Assembly: GCA_023245355.1 (NCBI GenBank)
Contig: JAHFKN010000001.1
Location: 139,528 to 203,527 of the forward strand
DNA: 64,000 nucleotides
Source: Candidatus Gottesmanbacteria bacterium
GTDB taxonomy: Bacteria > Patescibacteriota > Microgenomatia > UBA10105 > UBA927
Reading direction: 5' to 3'
Positions 26,660 to 38,661 of the stretch are shown piece by piece. How positions within the stretch are numbered: the stretch's first letter is position 1; each line of letters opens with the position of its first letter. The translations under genes were made by a program, and so were the position numbers. The notes under the pieces were generated by a model that saw only the letters and a program-made list of their open reading frames with translations, had not been told where the DNA came from and ran no database searches.

Positions 26660-27586
26660 ATGGACGTATTTACACACTTTGATGAACCTCTGCATGCGCT
26701 CTGGGACGCTGCCATGACTCATGAATCCGTCCCGTGGCCGTTTTTTACCTTTACCTGGCACCAACACTGGCACGATCACTTTAGCGACAACGAACAGCTC
26801 ATGATTATGTCTGACACAAAAAACCAGGTCATTATCCCCGTAAGTATCAGGGACCGCACCGCGCACTTTACCGGCGGCGAGGAGATTGCCGATTATCTTG
26901 ATGCAGTAGGAACCAGTACGCACAAGGCCGCTGCATGGCAGGAGGCGGTGTTGCTGCTCAAAGAGCAGGGAGTCAGTGCCCTGCTGCTCAGAAACATTCC
27001 CGAAGGCTCCCCGACTATCGACGCATTACTTCCTCTTACGGACGTACAAATAACGCAGGAAGATACTACTCCGATACTTACGCTGCCTGATTCGTTTGAT
27101 GACTACCTCTCCTCGCTGGACCGCAAGGACCGTCATGAATTGAAGCGGAAAATGAAAAAGTTTGAAGCAGAGCACCCGGCGCTTTCTTTTGTCCCCCGGA
27201 CCGGGAATTCGACGGATATGCCGTCACTGCTTCGGCTTATGCGCCTCGACACGGACAAAGCCGCGTTTCTGACGCGGGAGATGACAGGCTTTTTCGAAAC
27301 GCTTCCGTCCGTTTTTCCCGGCGATATATGGCAATTTGTTCTGATGCAGCAAGACACCATTATCGCAACGACTTTGGCGTTCCGTGTGCGTGATTCCCTG
27401 CTGCTTTACAATTCCGGATTTGATCCGGACTATCCCGGTGCAGGCTGGTACATAAAAGCAAAAACCATCAACTGGGCCATAGAGCAGTCTGTCCGGTCGT
27501 ATAATTTTCTTCAGGGGAATGAGCGGTACAAATACGATCTGGGCGCCAAAGACTCTGCCGTATACCGGATATCGGTTCCGTTGTAA
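26660..27586 (+). CDS. GNAT family acetyltransferase (CelD/BcsL-like)
   Basis: PFFTFTW, ADYLD, FDDYLSSL and NFLQGNERYKYDLGA. Confidence 0.8.
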   Translation: MDVFTHFDEPLHALWDAAMTHESVPWPFFTFTWHQHWHDHFSDNEQLMIMSDTKNQVIIPVSIRDRTAHFTGGEEIADYLDAVGTSTHKAAAWQEAVLLLKEQGVSALLLRNIPEGSPTIDALLPLTDVQITQEDTTPILTLPDSFDDYLSSLDRKDRHELKRKMKKFEAEHPALSFVPRTGNSTDMPSLLRLMRLDTDKAAFLTREMTGFFETLPSVFPGDIWQFVLMQQDTIIATTLAFRVRDSLLLYNSGFDPDYPGAGWYIKAKTINWAIEQSVRSYNFLQGNERYKYDLGAKDSAVYRISVPL

Positions 27587-27615
27587 CTCGTTCATTTGCT
27601 ATAATACAAAAACCA

Positions 27616-30165
27616 GTGATACGTACGCCTCATCTATCCAGCGCCGAAGCTGCGCGCAGACTTGAAACGCACGGACCAAACGTTTTGGCCGAAACATCCT
27701 CTCACCCGCCGATTAAAATTTTTATCGGGCAGTTCCAAAGCGTGTTGGTTATCATGCTGCTGGCTGCGACGGTCCTTTCTTTTTTCCTCGGCGATTCGCT
27801 TGACGGAATTCTGATTCTGGCCATCGTATTTCTGAACGCATTGCTCGGATTTGCACAGGAATTTAAAGCGGAAAAAGCGTTGTCTGCTCTCAAACAAATG
27901 ACAACGGGAATCGTAAAAGTACTTCGCGACGGAATCACCATTGAATTACCCAGCACGCAACTGGTTCCCGGTGACCTTATATTCTTAGAAGAAGGAGACA
28001 AAGTACCTGCAGACGCCAAGCTTGCAGAAGCGCTCCACATAGAAATCAACGAAGCGGCCTTGACGGGCGAATCGCTGCCTGTCGAAAAAAATACCGGCAC
28101 GGAATCCGACATATACATGGGCACGATCGTGACCCGAGGCCGGGCCACGGCTGTCGTCACCAAGACCGGCATGCAGACCAAATTCGGTTCCATAGCAGCC
28201 AAACTCGGTGAAATAAAAGACGAGGAAACACCGCTCGAGAAAAAAATGGCCAAACTCGGGGGACAACTGGGTGTCGTCGCGCTGTCTGCCGCATCCGTCA
28301 TATTCGGCTTGGGATTTATCCGTCACGACCCGCTGTTTGAATCACTGCTTACCGCTATCGGACTTGCGGTTGCCGCGGTTCCCGAAGGACTGCCGGCTGT
28401 CGTGACCATTACCCTTGCTGTGGGCACGCAGCGTATGGCCAAACAGCGCTCCATACTGCGTAAACTCTCCGCCATAGAATCATTAGGCAGTGTCACTGTG
28501 ATTGCAACGGACAAAACAGGCACCCTTACCCAAAACGATATGCGGGTGACGGACGTATGGTTTGGCGGTACATCATACAAACCACAGGCTCTTATTTCCA
28601 ACAAACACAGGAATCTCACGCAACTAGTCGATATCGGCGTATTGTGCAACAACGCAAGCATCTCCCGCGCATTTGGGGAAGGTATGCCCTCGGTCATCGG
28701 AGACAAAACAGAGGGCTCACTGCTGCTTTTGGCTCATGCGCTCAATATTTCCATAGACGATCTGCGTTCTGAGGGTAAACTGGCAGAGGAATTTGCATTT
28801 ACATCGCTTCTTAAGATGATGACGGTTGTATGGAAAACCGGCGCCAAAACGACGGTTCTCACCAAGGGCGCTCCGGAGGCAATTCTCTCGGTCTGCGATC
28901 AGATGATGTTGGGCAACAAAACCGTGACACTCACGGAAGCCAGCCGCAAAAAAATCGAATCTGCGTTCCGTTCGTTTGCCGCAAGAGGTCTTAGGATGAT
29001 CGCGTTTGCAACCCGCGATATAGCGTGGAAAAACCAGTCTCGCGAGACAGTGGAATCCGGCCTTACGTTTGTAGGATTTGTCGGTATCGCCGATCCCCCC
29101 CGGAAAGAAATCAACCACGCAGTAGCACTGGCCAAACGTGCCGGCATCATCACCATCATGATCACCGGAGACAATGAGCTCACCGCGCAGGCCATAGGCG
29201 CCGAAGTCGGCATATTAGAAAAGGGCAACGAAGTGCTGACGGGCGCACAGCTGGAATCCCTTTCTGATAAGGAAGCGATTCGGGCGTTAGGAAAAACCCG
29301 CATTTTTGCCCGTACGACTCCGGAGCAGAAATACCGCATCGTATCGCTGCTGCAGCAGATGGGTCATATCGTCGCCGTCACCGGCGACGGAGTCAATGAC
29401 GCATTAGCTCTCAAGCAGGCAGACGTCGGGGTTGCCATGGGCATGGCCGGCACGGATGTAGCCAAAGAAGCATCAGACATGATTATTACCGACGATAACT
29501 ATGCGTCATTGGTCGTGGCCATAGAAGAAGGACGGACAATTTTTGACAACATCAAATCCACGACAAAATATTTAATCGGATGCAATTTGGGCGAAATCGG
29601 CGCAATCACAGGCGGCGTCCTGTTGGGGTGGCCGTTTATTCTGAGCCCGCTCCATATCCTGTATGTCAATCTGGCAACAGACAGTCTGCCGGCGATAGGA
29701 CTTGCTCTCACGCCCAAACAGGGAGACATCATGGCGCGGAACCCGAGAACCGAAACGACGATATTTAACACGCATGACGTGCTTTGGTTTATCGAGGTAG
29801 GAGCGCTCACGATGCTGGCAACACTCATTTCTTTTGTCATCGGATCACAATACGATGTCACCTTGGGGCGTACGCTCGCTTTTCTGGCAATTATCCTCGC
29901 CCAGCAATATATCTTCTATGATATCGCCAGCCGGAATAATACGATTATGAAACTCTCAGTGCGTCAGTTTCCGTGGGCCATACTCCCTATCATCATCATG
30001 ATCATACAGATACTGCTTCTTGAGGTGCCGTTATTCCAGCATATATTTACCCTCGAGGCTCCCCCGATCATATTCTCTGTTTTGAGTGTGGGCATTACCA
30101 GCGCACTGCTGGTCGTTTCGGAACTGCGGAAAAAATATGGACGGCATCTGTATTATCATCACTGA
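27616..30165 (+). CDS. Cation-transporting P-type ATPase (type IIA-like)
   Basis: LTGES, VPEGL, DKTGT, KGAPE, DPPR, TGDGVND and YVNLATD. Confidence 0.95.
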   Translation: MIRTPHLSSAEAARRLETHGPNVLAETSSHPPIKIFIGQFQSVLVIMLLAATVLSFFLGDSLDGILILAIVFLNALLGFAQEFKAEKALSALKQMTTGIVKVLRDGITIELPSTQLVPGDLIFLEEGDKVPADAKLAEALHIEINEAALTGESLPVEKNTGTESDIYMGTIVTRGRATAVVTKTGMQTKFGSIAAKLGEIKDEETPLEKKMAKLGGQLGVVALSAASVIFGLGFIRHDPLFESLLTAIGLAVAAVPEGLPAVVTITLAVGTQRMAKQRSILRKLSAIESLGSVTVIATDKTGTLTQNDMRVTDVWFGGTSYKPQALISNKHRNLTQLVDIGVLCNNASISRAFGEGMPSVIGDKTEGSLLLLAHALNISIDDLRSEGKLAEEFAFTSLLKMMTVVWKTGAKTTVLTKGAPEAILSVCDQMMLGNKTVTLTEASRKKIESAFRSFAARGLRMIAFATRDIAWKNQSRETVESGLTFVGFVGIADPPRKEINHAVALAKRAGIITIMITGDNELTAQAIGAEVGILEKGNEVLTGAQLESLSDKEAIRALGKTRIFARTTPEQKYRIVSLLQQMGHIVAVTGDGVNDALALKQADVGVAMGMAGTDVAKEASDMIITDDNYASLVVAIEEGRTIFDNIKSTTKYLIGCNLGEIGAITGGVLLGWPFILSPLHILYVNLATDSLPAIGLALTPKQGDIMARNPRTETTIFNTHDVLWFIEVGALTMLATLISFVIGSQYDVTLGRTLAFLAIILAQQYIFYDIASRNNTIMKLSVRQFPWAILPIIIMIIQILLLEVPLFQHIFTLEAPPIIFSVLSVGITSALLVVSELRKKYGRHLYYHH

Positions 30166-30215
30166 TGAATACATGTCTCTGTTGATGTCGTGATGTATAA
30201 TACAGTCAATTGATT

Positions 30216-30797
30216 ATGGACAGGAAAAAAATTATTTATATAGTAGCCGGCATTATTGCCATACTTCTGATCGCGTTCGGCGCATTTATGTTCGGTAAGA
30301 AACAATCAGGCACCGGCACTGCGGCAGAAACGACACCGACACCCACCATAGAAACAAGCCTTATGCCCACACTGGATATTTCCGCGTCACCGTCAATTAC
30401 TCCGACGAAATCCGTTACGACCACACCGACAAAAAAACCAACGGCTACTCCGTCTGTGACACCGACTCCCTCACCGACTCCTACACCCGGAGTTGTGAAT
30501 ATCGAAGCGACCGTCAGCCCGACAACAAGCAGCTCATGTACCCAAAAGTTTACCTTTACTGCCAAAATCTATACCAATGCGGCAGCCACCGTAAAATATA
30601 AGTGGGTACGAAGTGACAATGCCAGCTCTGCCGAACAGACGCTCACTTATACCGAAGCGGGCATGCAGACCGTTACAACGGAATGGACTCTGGGACAAGC
30701 TTCCGGTTCTACATATAACGGCTGGGAACGGATAGAAATCACCAGTCCGGGTTCAGCACTGGGCAACAAAGCAGAATATACTCTCTCCTGCCCGTAA
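30216..30797 (+). CDS. Membrane-anchored Thr/Pro-rich protein with C-terminal Ig-like domain
   Basis: N-terminal TM, TPTP linker and a beta-rich C-terminal domain with a Cys pair. Confidence 0.75.
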   Translation: MDRKKIIYIVAGIIAILLIAFGAFMFGKKQSGTGTAAETTPTPTIETSLMPTLDISASPSITPTKSVTTTPTKKPTATPSVTPTPSPTPTPGVVNIEATVSPTTSSSCTQKFTFTAKIYTNAAATVKYKWVRSDNASSAEQTLTYTEAGMQTVTTEWTLGQASGSTYNGWERIEITSPGSALGNKAEYTLSCP

Positions 30798-30821
30798 CTG
30801 CGACAAAGGAATATCTACGAT

Positions 30822-31577
30822 ATGGCGGTCGAACGCATGCGGGCTACCATTGCGCGCACCTTGCCGGAGCGGATGTTTGATATCCGCATGTCCGATTCCT
30901 CACGGGAAAAACTTCAGGATCTCAATCATATACTCCGGGAAAATCCTGCATGGAATGTCATTTTATATTTTAACCATCTGGCATACGGCGATCCCGGCGT
31001 CTGGTCGCATATTGCGCGCACGATCGATCCGGATGCCAGCCGTATCGCCGCCGTCCTCGCTTCGAAGTATCACACCACGTTCCGGAATAACCCTCCCTTT
31101 GCCATAGCAGCGCGGTTGGGCGATATGCTTACCGGAATCCACGTCATTCCGACTATCCAGTCCTACATGGTTGATGACCCCAGATATGGATTTACGGATT
31201 TGGACGCGAAGAAAAATCTAAAGCAGATCATACATACCATCGACAGATACAGGAAGCGAAAGCCACTCATGCTGCTGATTGCTCCCGAGGGGCACCGAAG
31301 CGATGACGGGTCGTTAGGCCCCGCAGAACGCGGCGTGGTATCGTTTAGCTCCATGCTGGCTCCCGTACTGCTGGTTCCGACAGGTGTCTATTATGAAGGC
31401 GATTTCCGAAGAAGCGGCATCAACACCCGCTCACGGAAGCACCCCGTCATCGCGCATGCCGAGGTAGGAGAGCCGCTGTTTCAGGAACGGCGCCAGCACC
31501 GTTTGCCGCTGGAAACCATGATGCAGCATCTGGCCCGCACGCTCCCCAGGGAGCTCCGCGGAGACTGGACGGGCTGA
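30822..31577 (+). CDS. PlsC-like acyltransferase
   Basis: NHLAYGD (HX4D) and APEGHRS. Confidence 0.75.
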   Translation: MAVERMRATIARTLPERMFDIRMSDSSREKLQDLNHILRENPAWNVILYFNHLAYGDPGVWSHIARTIDPDASRIAAVLASKYHTTFRNNPPFAIAARLGDMLTGIHVIPTIQSYMVDDPRYGFTDLDAKKNLKQIIHTIDRYRKRKPLMLLIAPEGHRSDDGSLGPAERGVVSFSSMLAPVLLVPTGVYYEGDFRRSGINTRSRKHPVIAHAEVGEPLFQERRQHRLPLETMMQHLARTLPRELRGDWTG

Positions 31578-31629
31578 TATGAGACGCCCATATGGCTCGC
31601 AACCTGCTTCTTTGATATAATTCCTCTAC

Positions 31630-31701
31630 GGGCCTGTAGCTCAACGGTAGAGCAGTAGCCTTTTAAGCTATTGGTTCTGGGTTCGAATCCCAGCGGGCTC
31701 A
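31630..31701 (+). tRNA. tRNA-Lys (TTT)
   Basis: GGGCCTG..GTAGC-CTTTTAA-GCTAT..GGTTCGAATCC..CGGGCTCA. Confidence 0.95.
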
Positions 31702-31736
31702 CATACGTTCATGATAAAATAGTACACGGTTGTCAT

Positions 31737-31964
31737 ATGAAAACCTTTATCCTTGTACTTTTCTTCTTAATCCTGGGAATTACTATTGGATTCATGCTCG
31801 GGAAATCAAATTACCAGATTCCGAACATTCTGCCCCTTTCCTGCTCGTTTAACAACAAGACATATAAACACGGAGAATCGTTCCGGGACGACTGTAACAC
31901 CTGCAGCTGCCAAAACGGACAGGTAGCATGCACCATGATGGCCTGCGGCGTACGCCCGCTGTAA
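31737..31964 (+). CDS. Small anchored/secreted Cys-rich protein (pacifastin/VWC-like)
   Basis: N-terminal TM then CSFNNKTYKHGESFRDDCNTCSCQNGQVACTMMAC. Confidence 0.75.
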   Translation: MKTFILVLFFLILGITIGFMLGKSNYQIPNILPLSCSFNNKTYKHGESFRDDCNTCSCQNGQVACTMMACGVRPL

Positions 31965-31965
31965 T

Positions 31966-32601
31966 ATGACCACGCAAGACAAAGCACTGGAGATTTTACG
32001 CCGGCTCTCCAAAGCCACGCCGCATCCGAAAGTAGAATTACACTTTTCAACTCCGTTTGAGCTGCTGGTTGCAACCATGCTCGCCGCCCAATGCACGGAT
32101 AAACTGGTCAATACGGTCACTCCCAAACTATTTGCGACATACAAAACCATACAGGATGTTGCCGATGCAACTCCTGAGGACATTGACCGCCTGATTCTCA
32201 AAATCAATTTTCATGCCAATAAAGCAAAAAATATCCGGGCCGCGGCAGCCATGATTATGGACACCTATCACGGGAAAGTGCCCCAAACCATGGAAGAACT
32301 TGACGCGCTGCCCGGGGTAGCAAGAAAAACTGCAAACGTCGTATTGGGAAGCGCGTTCGGCATCGCGTCAGGAATCGTTATCGATACCCACGGCATCCGC
32401 CTATCCAACAAACTCGGGCTTACGAAGGAGAAAGACCCCGTCAAAATCGAACAGAACCTGATGAAGCTAATACCCAAAGATAAATGGATAGACTTCGGGC
32501 ACCTGCTCACGCTCCACGGCAGGTACATATGCACGGCGCGTCCGCATACATGTACGGATTGTCCCTTGGGCGATCTCTGCCCGGAATATCCGTGGACGTA
32601 G
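31966..32601 (+). CDS. nth: Endonuclease III
   Basis: LAAQCTD, LPGVARKTANVV, IDTH and C-X6-C-X2-C-X5-C. Confidence 0.95.
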   Translation: MTTQDKALEILRRLSKATPHPKVELHFSTPFELLVATMLAAQCTDKLVNTVTPKLFATYKTIQDVADATPEDIDRLILKINFHANKAKNIRAAAAMIMDTYHGKVPQTMEELDALPGVARKTANVVLGSAFGIASGIVIDTHGIRLSNKLGLTKEKDPVKIEQNLMKLIPKDKWIDFGHLLTLHGRYICTARPHTCTDCPLGDLCPEYPWT

Positions 32602-32662
32602 GAGAGAAACCGCGCCGGCTTCTAACAAGCACAAACCATACGCTCTTTGCTATAATACATAT

Positions 32663-32968
32663 ATGAAGGGATTTATAGATTTTATCCGTGAACAAGGAGT
32701 CATAGGGCTTGCCGTAGGGTTTATCCTGGGAGGTGCGATCACGTCGCTGGTCAAAGCATTTATCGCAGATATCATAAGTCCGCTTCTGGCGATCGGAATG
32801 AGCAATTTAAGCACGCTTACCGAAGCCTATATACAGATCGGCTCTGCAAAAATTATGTGGGGTAGTTTTATAAACGATCTTATCAACTTCCTCGTCATGG
32901 CATTTATCGTCTACTTCGGGGTTAAAATCCTCAAACTCGACAAGCTCGACAAGAAAAAGGACGGCTGA
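32663..32968 (+). CDS. mscL: Large-conductance mechanosensitive channel
   Basis: FIDFIREQGVIGLAVGFILG..WGSFINDLINF. Confidence 0.9.
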   Translation: MKGFIDFIREQGVIGLAVGFILGGAITSLVKAFIADIISPLLAIGMSNLSTLTEAYIQIGSAKIMWGSFINDLINFLVMAFIVYFGVKILKLDKLDKKKDG

Positions 32969-32991
32969 AGAAAGAGAACCGGACGGACGTT

Positions 32992-33681
32992 ATGCTCTTC
33001 AAAAAGAGATTTAATAAATTTGCAGACAAACGGGGTACGTGGTTTCTTCGGAAGCTGGAAGACGCACTCGTCGTTAAAATACTTCCCTTTTTGCCCCCCT
33101 GGCTGGAAACCTATCACCTGACGCTTGCTACCCTGTTCTGGATAGTACTTATCATCATCGGCGGGTACTTCGCCACGGAAAACATGAACTACCTTTGGAT
33201 CATGTCTCTGGGCGTCATGGGCCAATACGTGACCGACCGGCTCGACGGTGAAGTCGGCCGCAAACGCGATACCGGGCTGATCAAATGGGGATTTTATATG
33301 GACCATTTCCTCGATTACCTGTTTTTGTGCTCCATCGTTATCAGCTACTGGTTCCTCACACCCTACGAGTACAAATATATTCTGTTTGTCGTTCTGGCGA
33401 TAAGCGCGGCGTATTTCGTGCATACTATCCTGTATTTCGGCGTGACCGGCCAGTTTGAAATAGCCAGAGAAGGATTCGGACCTTCTGAATTCCGCATTAT
33501 GGTGATTGCCATAAACAGCATGCTTATTTATCTGGACCGCATTATTTTTGTCCCGATGCTGCTTACGTTTTTGAGCGCAAATATCCTGTATCTTATCGTC
33601 AGCATATACAGGGCGCAGCAAACCATATGGGAGATTGATATGACGGCAAAACACAAACTGGTCAAGAAGTTACCCAACTGA
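32992..33681 (+). CDS. CDP-alcohol phosphatidyltransferase family protein
   Basis: DRLDGEVGR..WGFYMDHFLD motif. Confidence 0.85.
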   Translation: MLFKKRFNKFADKRGTWFLRKLEDALVVKILPFLPPWLETYHLTLATLFWIVLIIIGGYFATENMNYLWIMSLGVMGQYVTDRLDGEVGRKRDTGLIKWGFYMDHFLDYLFLCSIVISYWFLTPYEYKYILFVVLAISAAYFVHTILYFGVTGQFEIAREGFGPSEFRIMVIAINSMLIYLDRIIFVPMLLTFLSANILYLIVSIYRAQQTIWEIDMTAKHKLVKKLPN

Positions 33682-34071
33682 TCATGAGGTCACACTGACG
33701 AGATGCGTAAGCTTGGTTACGGCATACGAAACCGGATCCAGCATGATAGCCACGACATCGATACGCATATCCGGATTCCGTTCGGGATGAAGTAATACAT
33801 AATACTGCGCCGTTTGTATGACATCACGCAGCTTCCCGGGGGTGACGGACAATTCCGGACTTCCGAACGATGCAGTACATCTGGTTTTTACTTCTACAAA
33901 TACCAGCGTGTTACCGTCACGGGCGACAATATCTATCTCGCCGTAGCGTGCTTTGAAATTACGTTCAAGAATGCGGAAATGTTTTGAGAGGAGATACGAG
34001 GCGGCTGCCTGCTCGCCTATAGATCCGACCTTACTTTTTGGCGGGCTGGACTTGGACTGCTTCTGAGACAC
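33682..34071 (-). CDS. YraN family protein
   Basis: [24 protein letters not shown]. Confidence 0.92.
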   Translation of the reverse strand: MSQKQSKSSPPKSKVGSIGEQAAASYLLSKHFRILERNFKARYGEIDIVARDGNTLVFVEVKTRCTASFGSPELSVTPGKLRDVIQTAQYYVLLHPERNPDMRIDVVAIMLDPVSYAVTKLTHLVSVTS

Positions 34072-34444
34072 GACTGGCCTCTTTTCCTATCTTGCCGCGC
34101 AGGTAATACAGTTTTGCGCGCCGGACGACTCCGTGCTTTTTTATTTCGATCTTGCGGATCCACGGAGATACAAGCGGGAAAATGCGCTCAATACCGATTG
34201 CCGCGGCACCGATTTTACGTACCGTAAACATGGCGTTTGCGCCGCTTCCTTTGACTGCGATCACGATTCCCTCAAAAATCTGGATACGTTCGCGTGTTTC
34301 TTCTTTTACTTCGCGCTTGGTTTTCCCTGCGACTTTTTCCTTTTCGATAAGTTTGTAGTGCACGCGCACCGTATCGCCGACATGCATGTCGACGCTCAGT
34401 TCCTTGTCCCCGTCTTTTCCTGTCCAAACAATGTGATTAGCCAT
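34031..34444 (-). CDS. rplS: 50S ribosomal protein L19
   Basis: GDTVRVH, RIQIFEG, FTVRK, ERIFP and [10 protein letters not shown]. Confidence 0.96.
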   Translation of the reverse strand: MANHIVWTGKDGDKELSVDMHVGDTVRVHYKLIEKEKVAGKTKREVKEETRERIQIFEGIVIAVKGSGANAMFTVRKIGAAAIGIERIFPLVSPWIRKIEIKKHGVVRRAKLYYLRGKIGKEASRVSEAVQVQPAKK

Positions 34445-34462
34445 ATATTGCGTGTAAGAGGC

Positions 34463-36145
34463 TTATTTTATCATTCCGGAGAGCTTGATACAAGCACGGA
34501 CATAGGTGATGAACAACGGGTGCGGTACAAGCGGACTGGACCGGTACTCAGGATGATACTGGGTTCCCAGGAAATACGGGTGTGCACTGGCGGGCAGTTC
34601 CACGATCTCTGCCAGATTCTCGACCGTTGACCGGCCGGAGAAGACAAGCCCTTTATCTTCCAGCTGCTTGGTAAACGCATCGTTAAATTCGTACCGGTGG
34701 CGGTGGCGTTCCCAGACCGTTTTGGTTCCCGGATCCGAATACCCCTGGTTAGAAAGATAACTTTGATCAGCGAGCGATCCTTCTTTTACCTTGCATTCCC
34801 AGCGCCCGAGCCGCATGGTGCCTCCGTAGGCGCGGCGTTTCTGATTTTCTTCCTGCATGGGATTCATATGGATGACGGGAAACGGCGTTTTCTCGTCACA
34901 TTCCGTCGTATTTGCGTCTTTGAGACCCAGGACATTACGTGCGTATTCGACAACAGCCAGCTGCATGCCGTAGCAAAGCCCGAGATACGGGATTTTCTGC
35001 TCGCGTGCGTACCGGATAGCTTCCAGCATTCCCTCAACTCCTCTGGGTCCCCAGCCGATCGGTACGATGACGCCCGACACTCCGAAAAGCAGTGACTCGG
35101 CCGATGCACCTTTTTCGATTTTTTCGGAATTCACCCAGCGGGTTTTGACCGTCACTCCCTCATTCCAGCCGGCATGATCGAGCGCGTCCATAAGAGCCGC
35201 GTATGAATCCCTAAGTTCGTAGTCTCCTGTGCCGAAATATTTTCCTACGATGGCAACCTCGATGACTTTCTTTTTGCTCGCTTTTGCCCGTTCCAGCATG
35301 GAAGTCCAGTCACCCATCTGAGGCGGACGGTCGGGGAGACCAAACAGGGCCAGAATCTTTTGTGCAAATCCCTGCTCCTCGAGCGTCTGGGGTACAATAT
35401 ACGGCGTTGATTCATCCGGATTATTGATCACGTTTTCCGGCGCGACGTTGCAGAACATCGCTAAACGCTCCCGCCTGCGGATATCTATGGCTTTTTCCCC
35501 TCTGCATACGATGAAATCCGGCTGTATCCCCATAGAGAGCAGGAATTTCACTGAAAGCTGCGTGGGCTTGGTTTTGGGTTCACCCAAATGGTGCGGAGTC
35601 GGCAGGTAACTTACGTGCACATGCACGACCGGCGCCTTTTTAACGGTTTTTAATATCCTCGATGCTTCATAATACAGCATGTTCTGGTACTCGCCTGCTG
35701 TGCCTCCGAGCTCAATCACGACAATCTCCGCATCGTCTTTTTTGGCAGCGATTTCAATCCGGCCTAAAATCTCATCGGTAATATGCGGAATTGCCTCCAC
35801 ATCCTCGCCTTTATACTCAAAGTTCCGTTCGCGGCCGATCACTGCCGAATAGATCTGCCCCATCGTGACGAAATTATGGCGGTGCACGTTTTTGCCCAGG
35901 AATTTTTCGTACGTGCCCATATCCATATCTGCTTCCGTGCCGTCATCGCACAGGAACGGATCGCCGTGTTCAATGGGATTGATAAGTCCTGAATCTACGT
36001 TTAAGTAATTTTCAAACTTTATGGGGGTGACTTTATATCCTCTTGCCTGAAGAAGTAATCCGATGGAGGCTGCGGTAATGCCCTTTCCTAATCCCGATAG
36101 CACGCCCCCCGAAACGAATATATACTTGGTTTCTGTAAGGTGCAT
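34463..36145 (-). CDS. pyrG: CTP synthase
   Basis: GVLSGLGKG, KTKPTQ, GLCYGMQ, RHRHRYE and YHPE. Confidence 0.97.
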   Translation of the reverse strand: MHLTETKYIFVSGGVLSGLGKGITAASIGLLLQARGYKVTPIKFENYLNVDSGLINPIEHGDPFLCDDGTEADMDMGTYEKFLGKNVHRHNFVTMGQIYSAVIGRERNFEYKGEDVEAIPHITDEILGRIEIAAKKDDAEIVVIELGGTAGEYQNMLYYEASRILKTVKKAPVVHVHVSYLPTPHHLGEPKTKPTQLSVKFLLSMGIQPDFIVCRGEKAIDIRRRERLAMFCNVAPENVINNPDESTPYIVPQTLEEQGFAQKILALFGLPDRPPQMGDWTSMLERAKASKKKVIEVAIVGKYFGTGDYELRDSYAALMDALDHAGWNEGVTVKTRWVNSEKIEKGASAESLLFGVSGVIVPIGWGPRGVEGMLEAIRYAREQKIPYLGLCYGMQLAVVEYARNVLGLKDANTTECDEKTPFPVIHMNPMQEENQKRRAYGGTMRLGRWECKVKEGSLADQSYLSNQGYSDPGTKTVWERHRHRYEFNDAFTKQLEDKGLVFSGRSTVENLAEIVELPASAHPYFLGTQYHPEYRSSPLVPHPLFITYVRACIKLSGMIK

Positions 36146-36224
36146 GGTTTAAGATACCAAAAAATAACCTCCCCGTCAACCCTACTTTCAGATGAAATGA
36201 AACAGGGAATGTTGGTATGTATAT

Positions 36225-36740
36225 TCAATTTTTGCTTGTTCTGACGCGCTTACCTGACTTCCTGGGTTTCCCGGTTGCTGACGCTTTTTTTCCTCCGAAA
36301 TTCTTCCGGAACAGCGAGTAAAAAATGTCCCCTTTGGTAATCACACCGACGACCTGATCGTCGTCGTTTAACACGGGCAACTGGTCCACGTGACGCACGA
36401 TCATACGGGAAAGTGCCCGCATAACCAGCGTGGATTCCCGCGCGAAAATCACAAGTCTGCACATGATATCTTTCGCTTTTACGGGAGCCATTTCGCGAAT
36501 CCTATCTTCCATCGCCTCAAAATCCTGAGGGGTCTCCAGATAATCCATAACGTCCTGATATTTGGGATACAGCCGCTCCAACACGTCTTTACGGGTCACG
36601 ATGCCCACAAGTTTACCTGAACCGTCTACGACCGGAAGCGTATGAATATGCGTGGAAAAAATCTTTTTACAGAGGTCACGATATGTAGTATCTGGGGTTA
36701 CCGTCATTACAGCTCTGGACATGATTTCCGAAACTGTCAT
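36225..36740 (-). CDS. CBS-domain protein
   Basis: Two CBS repeats (LPVVD..GIVT and LPVLN..GVIT). Confidence 0.9.
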   Translation of the reverse strand: MTVSEIMSRAVMTVTPDTTYRDLCKKIFSTHIHTLPVVDGSGKLVGIVTRKDVLERLYPKYQDVMDYLETPQDFEAMEDRIREMAPVKAKDIMCRLVIFARESTLVMRALSRMIVRHVDQLPVLNDDDQVVGVITKGDIFYSLFRKNFGGKKASATGKPRKSGKRVRTSKN

Positions 36741-36799
36741 AGATACGTTTTATGAAGTATACCACACGATAAAATACCGATGTCAATACGCGACGGGGA

Positions 36800-37228
36800 T
36801 TACTGCGGACGGAACGGAGTGGCTTTACGCCTGCGCTTACTCACTTTGAGTTCCAGAAGTGAACGGTGGAGCACTGCTATAGCTGCTGCCAATTCCTCTC
36901 CTTTTGCCTTCCGGGCGATCAGGGATTTTGCTGACTCCATGGCTTTTTTGATCTCTGCTTCGTTGATCTCGTCAGCGTGGACGGCTCGGGATACGAGGAT
37001 AGACACCTCCCCTTTCGGGCGCACTTCCATAAATCCGCCGCCGATTGCCAGGAAAAATTCTTTGCCTGCTGATTTGATTTTGGCCTCCCCCGGCGCCAGC
37101 TGGGTGAATAACGGTTCGTGGTTAGCCAGCACCTCGATAGTGCCGTCCGGAGTCGGTACGGAAACCGATTCCACTTTTTCGGAAAACGCTTTCCGCTGCG
37201 GTGTGATGACCGAAAGAAGAAATTGCAT
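36800..37228 (-). CDS. atpC: ATP synthase epsilon subunit
   Basis: VITP..G.IEVLANHEP..GGFMEV; operon position. Confidence 0.93.
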   Translation of the reverse strand: MQFLLSVITPQRKAFSEKVESVSVPTPDGTIEVLANHEPLFTQLAPGEAKIKSAGKEFFLAIGGGFMEVRPKGEVSILVSRAVHADEINEAEIKKAMESAKSLIARKAKGEELAAAIAVLHRSLLELKVSKRRRKATPFRPQ

Positions 37229-37230
37229 GG

Positions 37231-38652
<1,422 letters not shown>

Positions 38653-38661
38653 CTACATGAT

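Noticed and set aside
30330-30490. ACACCGAC-like low-complexity repeats
   Set aside because: Explained by the Thr/Pro linker coding sequence.
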